A DNA stretch of 64,000 nt from Schmidtea polychroa. Lineage: Eukaryota. The DNA lies in contig CM097885.1 in NCBI GenBank assembly GCA_044892525.1, positions 32,428,001 through 32,492,000 on the forward strand, written 5' to 3'. Below the pieces are notes generated by a model, which had not been told where the DNA came from, ran no database searches, and saw only the letters and a program-made list of their open reading frames with translations. This document shows, piece after piece, positions 36,010 through 49,879 of this stretch (position 1 is the first letter of the stretch; each line of letters opens with the position of its first letter). The translations under genes were made by a program, and so were the position numbers.

Positions 36010-36957
36010 TTTCGAAAACACTGAAAACTTAAGTGACCTGCTTTACCACAACACGAACACCGAATATTTGGGCATTCCCGACAAATATGACCAATTTCAA
36101 GGCATGCGTAACATTGTACTTTTGAATATTGATCTGAACTTTGATTTTGATACCAGGTCTTTCACTGAAATTTTTATTGAAATTTCTTTGATAATCTCGT
36201 CTTTGATAAACTCGTCCTTCTTGGAATTGATTTCTTTGTAATTTTGAATATTCATTTTTGTTATCAGTTTGATTTAGCTGATTTCCATAATTATTTCTTT
36301 TCTCATTATTATTGTATCGACCGTTTTTCACAATTGACGCGTATGAGGTATTTCCAACGGCTGAATCTTGTTGTATCTTGGATTTATCTTCATCCATTTT
36401 CTGTAAAATTCTTTTAATATATTTATTTGCCATTGGATCTTTTTGTACTGGCTCTCCATCATTTCTTAAATTTTCTTTCGATAATTTTACTTTCAATAAA
36501 TCTTCCGTAATTTCATATCTTTTTATTTCACGTTTCTCTTCTTCATTATCAAGCCAATGTTTTAAGAAGAACGTTGTCAAATTTGACATTGTTAGCTTGT
36601 GCTTCAAGATTTTCTGAACACCTTTCTCAATCTTACTAATGTAAGTTTCTGCATCATCTTCTTCTTTTCGATAATTTATCAGCTTTTCCAAATCCTTAGC
36701 TAAATTCAAGTTGTCTTCGAATGCTAATCTAAGCCTTTCGCATAATCTTCTTCATCTGGAATTTTGTCATATTTGTTGCGGCAATTTTTATCCAAATAAG
36801 CTCGAACAATTACTTTTCTTTGACTATTGTCTAGTTGAATAATTGAAAAGTATGATTCAATCTTCTCAATAAATTCTTCCAAATCATCTCCAATTGAATA
36901 GATTTTCGGTTGTGAGAGAATCCGTAATAATTCCTGGGTTGAAAGCGTGGTCGCCAT
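36010..36957 (-). pseudogene. gag: Gypsy gag, frameshifted, two CCHC knuckles
   Basis: CYACLEIGHICREC and CSCCGKAGHLSFQC read in an alternate frame near 36010-36115. Confidence 0.85.
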
Positions 36958-38528
36958 GTAAAGAATAAGAATAATTGATAAATTCCAAAAACTTTATTTA
37001 AGAAATTGTGGTACTATTTATAGTACCCGGTGTGTCGACACCAACACAATCAGCAATATCTTTTTGGGAAATAATAATCAGTGACATAATTTAAGGACCC
37101 AGACAATCAAAAATAATAAATCACACAAGGAGGCATTACATAATATAGGGCAAAGGTTAGGGAAATCAAATATCCCATTATAATTACATCACATAGTTGA
37201 AAAAACGAAAGATTCTCTACAAAATTATGTTTTTTTATATTTTACAGTACTATTGGTAATTAAATATTTTTTTGAGAAAGACGTCTCATCTCCAACCTCC
37301 TTTTTTAAGATCAATGCCATTTTGAAGTTAGCATTTAAGAGTAAGGTCATCGTAACGTGAAATTTGTGTTATTTAATGCATAAACTTGCATTATCATGAC
37401 ATTTCTTGTCTTGATAGGATTTTGTTTTAGCTATAATTATTAAGTAAATATTTTTTATCAAGTCGGGCAACCAAAACTCCATTTATGTCCAAACATTGTA
37501 CTTGCTGCTTTACCCTCACAGCTTTCACCGATTCTCTGTATTATTAACTCTGTCGACATTATTCTCCTAACATTACGTTATTTTTCTCATTAAATCCACT
37601 TCACCCCAATATTATTTTCAGTCACACTCACTTTACCGTAACAGTAACTCTCATTCAACCACACCCGCTTCACTTCAATGCTATTTTTGTCAACAATAAT
37701 TTTTAAAGGTATTATTAATAGTATTAGTAGTGAATAGTAAGGACTCCAGGACACTTTCAAGGTCATCCCAATGTCCAGATCAAATATAGGTCAATCGAAT
37801 CATTTATTTTTTAAATTAACATTTTATTTAATTACTTCTTTTTAATTTTTAATTTTTTATTTTTTCATTTTAATTTTATTAATTAATTATTTTATTATGT
37901 TTTATTTTAATTTATTACATTTAATTAATTTATTAGTTTATTAATATTTTATTTTAATTACTTACGCTATTTAATTATTATTATTATTATTATTATTATT
38001 TTTTTTTTATTTTATTTTTTTTTAATTAATTAATTTATTTTTTAATTTTATTTAATTACTTCTATTTATTTTTTTTTCCTTTTTAATTTTCTTAATTAAT
38101 TATTTTATTATGCTTTTATTTTAGTATTATTTTATTATTTTATTTATTATTATTATTTTTTTATTTTTTTTTTATTTTTTTTTTAATTTTACATTTACAT
38201 TATATTCTAACAAGAGGTAAATTATAACGATAATATTTCAATTTGAATAAAATTTTAAATAGTAATTATTCAATTTGAATAAATTTTAATTAGAAATTAT
38301 TTAATTTATTATAAAATAAAACGCTGAGTTAATTTTAGATAAACTGGATATTAATATTTCGGAAAAAATAAATAAATAAATAAAATAAACACAAAAATAA
38401 TATTTCTTACTTGAAACTAATTATCTAAATTAATTGGACAAATGAATAATTAAATGATAAAACACATTTTAATTAACTAAGTCAAACAATTCACAATATA
38501 TATTTTATTATTCACATAAATTTAATTG

Positions 38529-41393
38529 TTAAAGTGCTTGTTTCGATTTGCATTCATTTATAGACATAGCAGTTGCAATATGCATTTGGCGAATCTTATA
38601 GTGACCGTAGGCATAACTTTCATTACAATTGTACCAATACCTTTTATCGTCCAAACATTGGAGAGCTCGTTTTTCTGTCATGAAAGTATACAACTGATGA
38701 TTGGCACTTCCTATTCTTTTTTGTGGGATGCTCACTGTTCCACCATCAGTATACACTTTTTTATAGGCTTCATGTGTAAGATTAGAGTTTGTAAGTCTTA
38801 TTCCTTTTTAGCTTTTAGAGTGTTTTTCTCGCCTTGGAGTGAGTAGCACTTGGGTCGAAGAAACACCCATTCTTTATATTGATTTCCTTTATTCTCATCC
38901 TTGAATTTCCCGATTACCGAACAAATTTTATCTGAGAACAATGGATCAGTCACTGGATAATTTGAAGTATCTAGGAGCCCACCGGCAATCATTTTTGGAT
39001 ATAGTTGTAAGCGTAAATCTACATTTTTACACTCTAAAAAGAAGGAATCTGTGTCACCGGCTACGATATTAATTTGACAATTGAATTCTTCTCTATAACT
39101 CTGTAGTTCTTTATATTGAAACTGGTACATGCGAAGTTTGGATAAATCAAGTACGGTTTGTCCAATATACATTGGTCTATCTAAACACACAATTTCCTTA
39201 TTGAGTATAACAGCAATGAGATTATCCGCAATCTTGATGCTACGACGAAACATAGGATTACTACAATAAGTTATCAATCTTTTGCTTTTGCTGCATAATC
39301 TCAAATTTATACGTTTCTTCAAGTTTTCCACAGTTTTACCGTATAAACTGTTGTTCTTTAACTTATAATAATCTCGCTGAAACGAATCTGTACTAGCTGC
39401 TCTCATTTTGGTATTGTAATCAATATAGCCTTTGAAAATAGCCACTTGCTTGAATTCTACAGCACGATTAACTTTTGTGACTTTTGCGCCGTAACTCAAC
39501 CACTCTGTCAAAACTCTACCATTAACTACATAGTTTTTCATAGGCTCATGAGTTAACAACAGCTTTTCAACTTTACTACCAGGTGGATAACAAAGCTCAG
39601 GAGCTATAGGTAAATCATCTAGTTTATCTTGTATACTATCAGGAATGACGATGTCAACCTCTAGAACATATCCACGATCTCCATCAAACTTATCCCCATT
39701 TGCACATCTTTCAACAATACCATTCATTTCAGTCTGATCATTTATCCATCTAAATTCACCAACAGGAAGTTTTTGCGACAGCGCCCATCCATATAAATTA
39801 TTAACATCTAGGTATGACATTTGTGTTGATTCATCAGCTTCAACATGATGTTTGTTGATAAATGTCATTCCACCACGAATACCAGCTTCAAATAAACGGT
39901 AAAGCTCTGGATCTTGAATAAGTTCTACTGGTTCAGGTAACTGTTTAATAGCTGATGCCCAACTTAATCCGGGTATGGAAACAAACGATAGAGCCTCAAG
40001 TCCATCTTCGTCAAATGTTTTTTCTCTGAAAGCTTCAAAAACATCGGCCAATAGAAAAACATCCAACTTGAGATATACTAGCATGTAATCTAGCAGTGTC
40101 TCACAGTTGTATTGTTGCCAGATTCGATTTGCATGTATATAATCTTCTTGACTAACTCCCTCCCAAATCGGTGGTAATTCTGTTATTGACTGTAAAACAT
40201 CCATTGATGTAGCCATATCATAAGGAAATATGCCTTTACCAGTTATTAAATGCGAATTAAAAATCTTTGAAGTAAGTGGAAGACGTGGCAAGTTTTTTGA
40301 TAAATTTGCCAAGCTGCTATTTAAAAATTGTAAAGAATCAATGAATCTAATTCTTCTGCCTTTCGATGTCGCTGTAAGTGTGAGACACTTTTCTGCTGAT
40401 TGAGGAATAACAATTAAATTCCAATCGGGGAATTTTCCAATTGCATATTTTAATATATGATGAATGTCATATCCACGAAGATTATGAAATACAACAGGTA
40501 AAGACGGATTGATTCTTCTAGCCAAATTACAATCTTGACACACTGCTCCGAGATATTGACCGGTAAAATGATCATGATCCCGAACAGGTATATTGATAAT
40601 CTTTTTACAAAGGTAGCAATGAGTTTGATTCGTAAATTCTTCCTGCTGTTCCCAAGTGAGTTCCATCATTTCCTTCGATCCATTAATTTTATACCACGGA
40701 TAAACTATGTCTGTAGCTATATCATCCAATGCTTGTATAAACTGAATGATACAGTTTTTCCCAACAAATTTTTCATTTCGAATCGGACAACCTTGATGAA
40801 GAAGCACAAATTCAGATGCAATCGGCTCATGTTTTTGGAAGTGCTTGTCATCTAGAGGTAATATTGATTCAAAGTCCGCGTAGACAACAAACTGCTGTTT
40901 TATAGTTTTACTCCAGTCTTTAAATTCGATATATTTATTCTCTGGCATTGAGTATAGAGTCGTCCGCTCCACATTCTTCCTACAAAGACCTATATGTCTT
41001 TCAAAAGCAGGACGTTTTTGAAACCCATGAAGACACGTATGACACCAATGTGATTGGATTCTGACTCCTTCTACTCTATCTCTGTAATTGAGCAGTCGAT
41101 CGAGATTAGTTACAGCCAAAAAATGATAATTTAATTCTAAAATTTAGTTAAAATTTTTAATGATTAAAGGAAATATTACCTTCTTCAATCAATAAGAGAT
41201 ATAATTGAGATCCCGTCGAAGTACTTCTATATACCAAGTCAACGAACGGATTCTTGAAAATATCATTAGTTTTTTGTTTAATTGGATCTTTATTATATTT
41301 GAGAACATTGATCGCTAGATTTGGATTCATTGCTTCAAATTGGCAAATGTTAACCAACTTCATTGGAAACCAATCTGATTTCCATTTTAACTC

Positions 41394-41461
<68 letters not shown>

Positions 41462-42558
41462 GAATGATATAAATATATATTACCACTTAAATTATATTTC
41501 ATTATTCTTTCTCTGTGATGTTTTATGTCATCATAATGTAATACGGCCAGTATGCTATATAAAAAGCAGAATTGATCATTATTTTGAACATAACTAAAGC
41601 CTGGCAGTTTTTCAGGTAATTTGGCGTTTTAATGTAACTTGAACCTAAGTAAATATCTTGATTTATATATATAATAATGTAAATAAACTTACCAGATACA
41701 TGTATTATGTCTGATAATTTAGTTAAAATCATAGTAACTTCTAATATTTTATGAATTCTCCACCCACTACTTTGTTGAGTGTATTTCTCCAACTTTTCTT
41801 TTAATTTTTCAATTCCATCATTAATAAATAAAGATGACATTGTAATTGCTTTATTCGACAAACACCATTTTTTAATTTCACCATCCTCTTTGATAAACTC
41901 TGCACAAAGTCCAAATTGGATTTTTACTGTCCCCATTCGTTGAATATGATCTTCTATTTCTTTGATGAGACAATCTGGAACAACAATGTCAGGAGAATTA
42001 ATTGCAGATACATCGCTTGTCAATTCAACACGAGAACCATTTAAGTCAGACTCCCGACGTGGACACAATTGTATGTTAGAGTCTCCATTTCCGTAAAATA
42101 TTGACTTTCGTTTTGTGGTGCCAGAGTTTTGTCTAACTATATTTATAATTAATATTAAACAACTTAAATAACATAACTTGTAACATATTCTTTAATCTGC
42201 TTAGGATCGTATGATGTGTTCATTTTCGATTGTACTATAAAAAAAAATTAATAATTGTTAATAGTAGAAAGAGTATTACTTTTAGTGATCATCCTGCTCT
42301 TCGTTTCTTCGAATCTTCTAAGATGGTGTCCGTGTTGTCGTACAAACATTAACCACCTACCTGATGATATAATGAGACATTCCGGACATATGTAACCCGA
42401 TAAGGTAGAGTCATTTATCTTGAAATATGATGATGTAACTGATTTACAGTTCTCCACATCTTCATGACTTTCGGCAATACAAAATTTATATAAACTGCAT
42501 CCGTTCACTAAAAGAAAATAATCAATAATATTAGATAGAGAATAAAAAATTATTCACT
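38529..42558 (-). pseudogene. pPolB, left-arm copy, six introns, frameshifts near 41590 and 38805
   Basis: Mirror of 44890-48934 with two 1-bp indels in exons. Confidence 0.88.
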
Positions 42559-43544
42559 TATTAAATTAAAAGTTTAAATGACAAACATTTGAAAAGTTAC
42601 TGCTTATATATTACACATGATTAAATTCTGACCAATCAAAATGAAGGAAGGGGTAGGAAAAATAAATATATATATTCTGACAAATCAAAATCAAGGAAGG
42701 GGTAGGAAAAATAAATGCATTACGTTGCAGTATTTTAAAACACATTTTGATGCTAAAAATGACTTATTTAACATTTTTCATAATAATTTAATAAAAAATA
42801 ATGTGATGAACCCACAAAGTAATATCATTTTTCATCAAAACAGTAATATCGTTTTCATAAAATTGTAACAAAGTAATATTTCAGATAAATTTTCAACAGT
42901 TGTAAAATATTTAAGCAAATTGTAACAAGATTAGAAAATATTACAACAAAGTAGTAACATATTTCAGAGAATTTCAACAAAGTTGTAAAATATTTATCAA
43001 ATTGTAACTAAAATAATAAAAATATTGCAACAAAGTAATAAAATAATGATGTTAATTGGGACAAATCAATACATTATTTCGAAGACGGACAACAAATTAA
43101 AAAGAATATTGTAATAAATTGTGAAGTCTTTCAGTAAATTACAACAAAGTAATAACATATTTCGGAAATATTTCACCAGATGTAAAATATTTAAGCAAAT
43201 TGTTATAAGATTATAAAAATATTGCAACAAAGTAATAAAATAATACAACATTTTAAACTCTAGATCAATCCATTTTATAGAAAATTAAATTTTATCTCTA
43301 TAATATATGAATAAATATACAAGGAAATTACGTTAACTGTATGAAAAATACAAATTTATCGGAAAAACATGTGTGTATTACACACAATGCGACAAACTAA
43401 AATTGTAATTGAGCCATTTTGTAGAGAATTAAATTCTGCCTATACATGGTTACACTTAAATCCCAATCGGACAAAGAGAAAAAAGACAAAGGGGTGAAAA
43501 AGAGAGAGAAAAAACAGTAGAGTAGGGTATTGTGTGGACCCGGG

Positions 43545-43903
43545 AACAAAGACATATGACGTCATCGATGACGTCACAGAGACATATGACGTCATACCCC
43601 CTACCCCCGGGGGGTATTTTTTTTCATTTTTTTTTAATGTTTTTTTTTAAATTTTTTTTTAATTTTTTTTTTAATTTTTTTTTAAAAATTTTTTAAAAAT
43701 TTTTTTAAATTTATATTACGTTGCGGTATTTTAAAATTTATATTACTTTGCGGTATTTTAAAAATATATTACGTTGCGGTATTTTAAAAATATATTACGT
43801 TGCGGTATTTTAAAATTTATATTACGTTGCGGTATTTTAAAATTTAATTATATTTTATTTACATCATTCGAAAGGTCTTGAAGAGATCTTCGCAAAGGAT
43901 TCA
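43545..43903. promoter_or_regulatory. Unique central spacer with three CRE-consensus TGACGTCA sites, a G/C hairpin and ~24-bp repeats
   Basis: TGACGTCA at 43557, 43569 and 43587; TACCCCCGGGGGGTA at 43602; ATATTACGTTGCGGTATTTTAAAA-like unit x5. Confidence 0.5.
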
Positions 43904-44810
43904 CCCGGGTCCACACAATACCCTACTCTACTGTTTTTTCTCTCTCTTTTTCACCCCTTTGTCTCTTTTCTCTTTGTCCGATTGGGATTTAAGTGTAACC
44001 ATGTATAGGCAGAATTTAATTCTCTACAAAATGGCTCAATTACAATTTTAGTTTGTCGCATTGTGTGTAATACACACATGTTTTTCCGATAAATTTGTAT
44101 TTTTCATACAGTTAACGTAATTTCCTTGTATATTTATACATATATTATAGAGATAAAATTTAATTTTCTATAAAATGGATTGATCTAGAGTTTAAAATGT
44201 TGTATTATTTTATTACTTTGTTGCAATATTTTTATAATCTTATAACAATTTGCTTAAATATTTTACATCTGGTGAAATATTTCCGAAATATGTTATTACT
44301 TTGTTGTAATTTACTGAAAGACTTCACAATTTATTACAATATTCTTTTTAATTTGTTGTCCGTCTTCGAAATAATGTATTGATTTGTCCCAATTAACATC
44401 ATTATTTTATTACTTTGTTGCAATATTTTTATTATTTTAGTTACAATTTGATAAATATTTTACAACTTTGTTGAAATTCTCTGAAATATGTTACTACTTT
44501 GTTGTAATATTTTCTAATCTTGTTACAATTTGCTTAAATATTTTACAACTGTTGAAAATTTATCTGAAATATTACTTTGTTACAATTTTATGAAAACGAT
44601 ATTACTGTTTTGATGAAAAATGATATTACTTTGTGGGTTCATCACATTATTTTTTATTAAATTATTATGAAAAATGTTAAATAAGTCATTTTTAGCATCA
44701 AAATGTGTTTTAAAATACTGCAACGTAATGCATTTATTTTTCCTACCCCTTCCTTGATTTTGATTTGTCAGAATATATATATTTATTTTTCCTACCCCTT
44801 CCTTCATTTT

Positions 44811-44845
44811 GATTGGTCAGAATTTAATCATGTGTAATATATAAG
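44811..44845 (+). promoter_or_regulatory. Putative pPolB core promoter (inverted CCAAT and TATA)
   Basis: GATTGG at 44811 and TATATAAG at 44838, about 50 bp before the start; mirrored in the left arm. Confidence 0.45.
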
Positions 44846-44889
44846 CAGTAACTTTTCAAATGTTTGTCATTTAAACTTTTAATTTAATA

Positions 44890-45987
44890 AGTGAATAATT
44901 TTTTATTCTCTATCTAATATTATTGATTATTTTCTTTTAGTGAACGGATGCAGTTTATATAAATTTTGTATTGCCGAAAGTCATGAAGATGTGGAGAACT
45001 GTAAATCAGTTACATCATCATATTTCAAGATAAATGACTCTACCTTATCGGGTTACATATGTCCGGAATGTCTCATTATATCATCAGGTAGGTGGTTAAT
45101 GTTTGTACGACAACACGGACACCATCTTAGAAGATTCGAAGAAACGAAGAGCAGGATGATCACTAAAAGTAATACTCTTTCTACTATTAACAATTATTAA
45201 TTTTTTTTTATAGTACAATCGAAAATGAACACATCATACGATCCTAAGCAGATTAAAGAATATGTTACAAGTTATGTTATTTAAGTTGTTTAATATTAAT
45301 TATAAATATAGTTAGACAAAACTCTGGCACCACAAAACGAAAGTCAATATTTTACGGAAATGGAGACTCTAACATACAATTGTGTCCACGTCGGGAGTCT
45401 GACTTAAATGGTTCTCGTGTTGAATTGACAAGCGATGTATCTGCAATTAATTCTCCTGACATTGTTGTTCCAGATTGTCTCATCAAAGAAATAGAAGATC
45501 ATATTCAACGAATGGGGACAGTAAAAATCCAATTTGGACTTTGTGCAGAGTTTATCAAAGAGGATGGTGAAATTAAAAAATGGTGTTTGTCGAATAAAGC
45601 AATTACAATGTCATCTTTATTTATTAATGATGGAATTGAAAAATTAAAAGAAAAGTTGGAGAAATACACTCAACAAAGTAGTGGGTGGAGAATTCATAAA
45701 ATATTAGAAGTTACTATGATTTTAACTAAATTATCAGACATAATACATGTATCTGGTAAGTTTATTTACATTATTATATATATAAATCAAGATATTTACT
45801 TAGGTTCAAGTTACATTAAAACGCCAAATTACCTGAAAAACTGCCAGGCTTTAGTTAATGTTCAAAATAATGATCAATTCTGCTTTTTATATAGCATACT
45901 GGCCGTATTACATTATGATGACATAAAACATCACAGAGAAAGAATAATGAAATATAATTTAAGTGGTAATATATATTTATATCATTC

Positions 45988-46071
<84 letters not shown>

Positions 46072-48934
46072 GAGTTAAAATGGAAATCAGATTGGTTTCC
46101 AATGAAGTTGGTTAACATTTGCCAATTTGAAGCAATGAATCCAAATCTAGCGATCAATGTTCTCAAATATAATAAAGATCCAATTAAACAAAAAACTAAT
46201 GATATTTTCAAGAATCCGTTCGTTGACTTGGTATATAGAAGTACTTCGACGGGATCTCAATTATATCTCTTATTGATTGAAGAAGGTAATATTTCCTTTA
46301 ATCATTAAAAATTTTAACTAAATTTTAGAATTAAATTATCATTTTTTGGCTGTAACTAATCTCGATCGACTGCTCAATTACAGAGATAGAGTAGAAGGAG
46401 TCAGAATCCAATCACATTGGTGTCATACGTGTCTTCATGGGTTTCAAAAACGTCCTGCTTTTGAAAGACATATAGGTCTTTGTAGGAAGAATGTGGAGCG
46501 GACGACTCTATACTCAATGCCAGAGAATAAATATATCGAATTTAAAGACTGGAGTAAAACTATAAAACAGCAGTTTGTTGTCTACGCGGACTTTGAATCA
46601 ATATTACCTCTAGATGACAAGCACTTCCAAAAACATGAGCCGATTGCATCTGAATTTGTGCTTCTTCATCAAGGTTGTCCGATTCGAAATGAAAAATTTG
46701 TTGGGAAAAACTGTATCATTCAGTTTATACAAGCATTGGATGATATAGCTACAGACATAGTTTATCCGTGGTATAAAATTAATGGATCGAAGGAAATGAT
46801 GGAACTCACTTGGGAACAGCAGGAAGAATTTACGAATCAAACTCATTGCTACCTTTGTAAAAAGATTATCAATATACCTGTTCGGGATCATGATCATTTT
46901 ACCGGTCAATATCTCGGAGCAGTGTGTCAAGATTGTAATTTGGCTAGAAGAATCAATCCGTCTTTACCTGTTGTATTTCATAATCTTCGTGGATATGACA
47001 TTCATCATATATTAAAATATGCAATTGGAAAATTCCCCGATTGGAATTTAATTGTTATTCCTCAATCAGCAGAAAAGTGTCTCACACTTACAGCGACATC
47101 GAAAGGCAGAAGAATTAGATTCATTGATTCTTTACAATTTTTAAATAGCAGCTTGGCAAATTTATCAAAAAACTTGCCACGTCTTCCACTTACTTCAAAG
47201 ATTTTTAATTCGCATTTAATAACTGGTAAAGGCATATTTCCTTATGATATGGCTACATCAATGGATGTTTTACAGTCAATAACAGAATTACCACCGATTT
47301 GGGAGGGAGTTAGTCAAGAAGATTATATACATGCAAATCGAATCTGGCAACAATACAACTGTGAGACACTGCTAGATTACATGCTAGTATATCTCAAGTT
47401 GGATGTTTTTCTATTGGCCGATGTTTTTGAAGCTTTCAGAGAAAAAACATTTGACGAAGATGGACTTGAGGCTCTATCGTTTGTTTCCATACCCGGATTA
47501 AGTTGGGCATCAGCTATTAAACAGTTACCTGAACCAGTAGAACTTATTCAAGATCCAGAGCTTTACCGTTTATTTGAAGCTGGTATTCGTGGTGGAATGA
47601 CATTTATCAACAAACATCATGTTGAAGCTGATGAATCAACACAAATGTCATACCTAGATGTTAATAACTTATATGGATGGGCGCTGTCGCAAAAACTTCC
47701 TGTTGGTGAATTTAGATGGATAAATGATCAGACTGAAATGAATGGTATTGTTGAAAGATGTGCAAATGGGGATAAGTTTGATGGAGATCGTGGATATGTT
47801 CTAGAGGTTGACATCGTCATTCCTGATAGTATACAAGATAAACTAGATGATTTACCTATAGCTCCTGAGCTTTGTTATCCACCTGGTAGTAAAGTTGAAA
47901 AGCTGTTGTTAACTCATGAGCCTATGAAAAACTATGTAGTTAATGGTAGAGTTTTGACAGAGTGGTTGAGTTACGGCGCAAAAGTCACAAAAGTTAATCG
48001 TGCTGTAGAATTCAAGCAAGTGGCTATTTTCAAAGGCTATATTGATTACAATACCAAAATGAGAGCAGCTAGTACAGATTCGTTTCAGCGAGATTATTAT
48101 AAGTTAAAGAACAACAGTTTATACGGTAAAACTGTGGAAAACTTGAAGAAACGTATAAATTTGAGATTATGCAGCAAAAGCAAAAGATTGATAACTTATT
48201 GTAGTAATCCTATGTTTCGTCGTAGCATCAAGATTGCGGATAATCTCATTGCTGTTATACTCAATAAGGAAATTGTGTGTTTAGATAGACCAATGTATAT
48301 TGGACAAACCGTACTTGATTTATCCAAACTTCGCATGTACCAGTTTCAATATAAAGAACTACAGAGTTATAGAGAAGAATTCAATTGTCAAATTAATATC
48401 GTAGCCGGTGACACAGATTCCTTCTTTTTAGAGTGTAAAAATGTAGATTTACGCTTACAACTATATCCAAAAATGATTGCCGATGGGCTCCTAGATACTT
48501 CAAATTATCCAGTGACTGATCCATTGTTCTCAGATAAAATTTGTTCGGTAATCGGGAAATTCAAGGATGAGAATAAAGGAAATCAATATAAAGAATGGGT
48601 GTTTCTTCGACCCAAGTGCTACTCACTCCAAGGCGAGAAAAACACTCTAAAAGCCAAAGGAATAAGACTTACAAACTCTAATCTTACACATGAAGCCTAT
48701 AAAAAAGTGTATACTGATGGTGGAACAGTGAGCATCCCACAAAAAAGAATAGGAAGTGTCAATCATCAGGTGTATACTTTCATGACAGAAAAACGAGCTC
48801 TCCAATGTTCGGACGATAAAAGGTATTGGTACAATTGTAATGAAAGTTATGCCTACGGTCACTATAAGATTCGCCAAATGCATATTGCAACTGCTATGTC
48901 TATAAATGAATGCAAATCGAAACAAGCACTTTAA
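44890..48934 (+). CDS. pPolB, right-arm copy, apparently intact, six introns
   Basis: Introns 44891-44940, 45169-45213, 45271-45311, 45756-45803, 45966-46072 and 46286-46328 give one continuous frame. YADFES, RDHDH, DVNNLYG, KNNSLYGK, GDTDS and RPKCYS motifs. Confidence 0.92.
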
Positions 48935-49879
48935 CAATTAAATTTATGTGAATAATAAAATATATATTGTGAATTGTTTGACTTAGTTAATTAAAATGTG
49001 TTTTATCATTTAATTATTCATTTGTCCAATTAATTTAGATAATTAGTTTCAAGTAAGAAATATTATTTTTGTGTTTATTTTTTCCGAAATATTAATATCC
49101 AGTTTATCTAAAATTAACTCAGCGTTTTATTTTATAATAAATTAAATTATTTCTAATTAAAATTTATTCAAATTGAATAATTACTAATTAAAATTTTATT
49201 AAAAAAAAATAATAATAATAAATAAAATAATAAAATAATACTAAATAAAATAATAATAATAAAATAATAATACTAATAAAATAATACTAATAAAATAATA
49301 CTAAAGCATAATAAAATAATTAATTAAGAAAATTAAAAAGAAAAAAAAATAAATAGAAGTAATTAAATAAAATTAAAAAATAAATTAATTAATTAAAAAA
49401 AAAATAAAATAAAAAAAAAATAATAAAAATAATAATAATAATTAAATAGCGTAAGTAATTAAAATAAAATATTAATAAACTAATAAATTAATTAAATGTA
49501 ATAAATTAAAATAAAACATAATAAAATAATTAATTAATAAAATTAAAATGAAAAAAAAAAATTAAAAAGAAGTAATTAAATAAAATGTTAATTTAAAAAA
49601 TAAATGATTCGATTGACCTATATTTGATCTGGACATTGGGATGACCTTGAAAGTGTCCTGGAGTCCTTACTATTCACTACTAGTATTATTATTGTTTTTT
49701 TTTAATTATATTATTTATAATTATTTTTAAATAACTTGACCATCGTGTTTTAAACTACATTCAAACTACGTTTTTACTCATAAACGCGGATCGCTTAACT
49801 CATATTCATTAACCCTTGAGAATGTAAGCATAGCAAATTAATTCAAAGATTAAAGTTAGTTAACTAAAAAGGATTGAAC

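Larger units (their letters stand above)
32011..37193 (-). mobile_element. Ty3/Gypsy LTR retrotransposon, decayed
   Basis: 5' LTR 36957-37193 (TG..CA on -), PBS TGGCGACCACG, gag-pro-RT-RNaseH-IN order, PPT GAGGGGGA, 3' LTR ~32011-32202. Confidence 0.93.
37726..49681. mobile_element. Palindromic pPolB-only Polinton derivative (element 3), 11956 bp
   Basis: Inverted arms 37726-43544 and 43904-49681; termini AGTAGTGAATAG...CTATTCACTACT; 6-bp TSD AGTATT at 37720-37725 and 49682-49687. Confidence 0.92.

Noticed and set aside
42641..44807. Mirrored ORFs of 61-75 aa in the inner arms
   Set aside because: They lie in degenerate AT-rich repeats upstream of pPolB and appear twice only because of the palindrome.
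37726..49681. Palindrome as a pure assembly fold-back artefact
   Set aside because: A unique 359-bp spacer, substitutions between the arms and a TSD with different outer flanks are not expected from a chimeric read; read-level confirmation is still needed.
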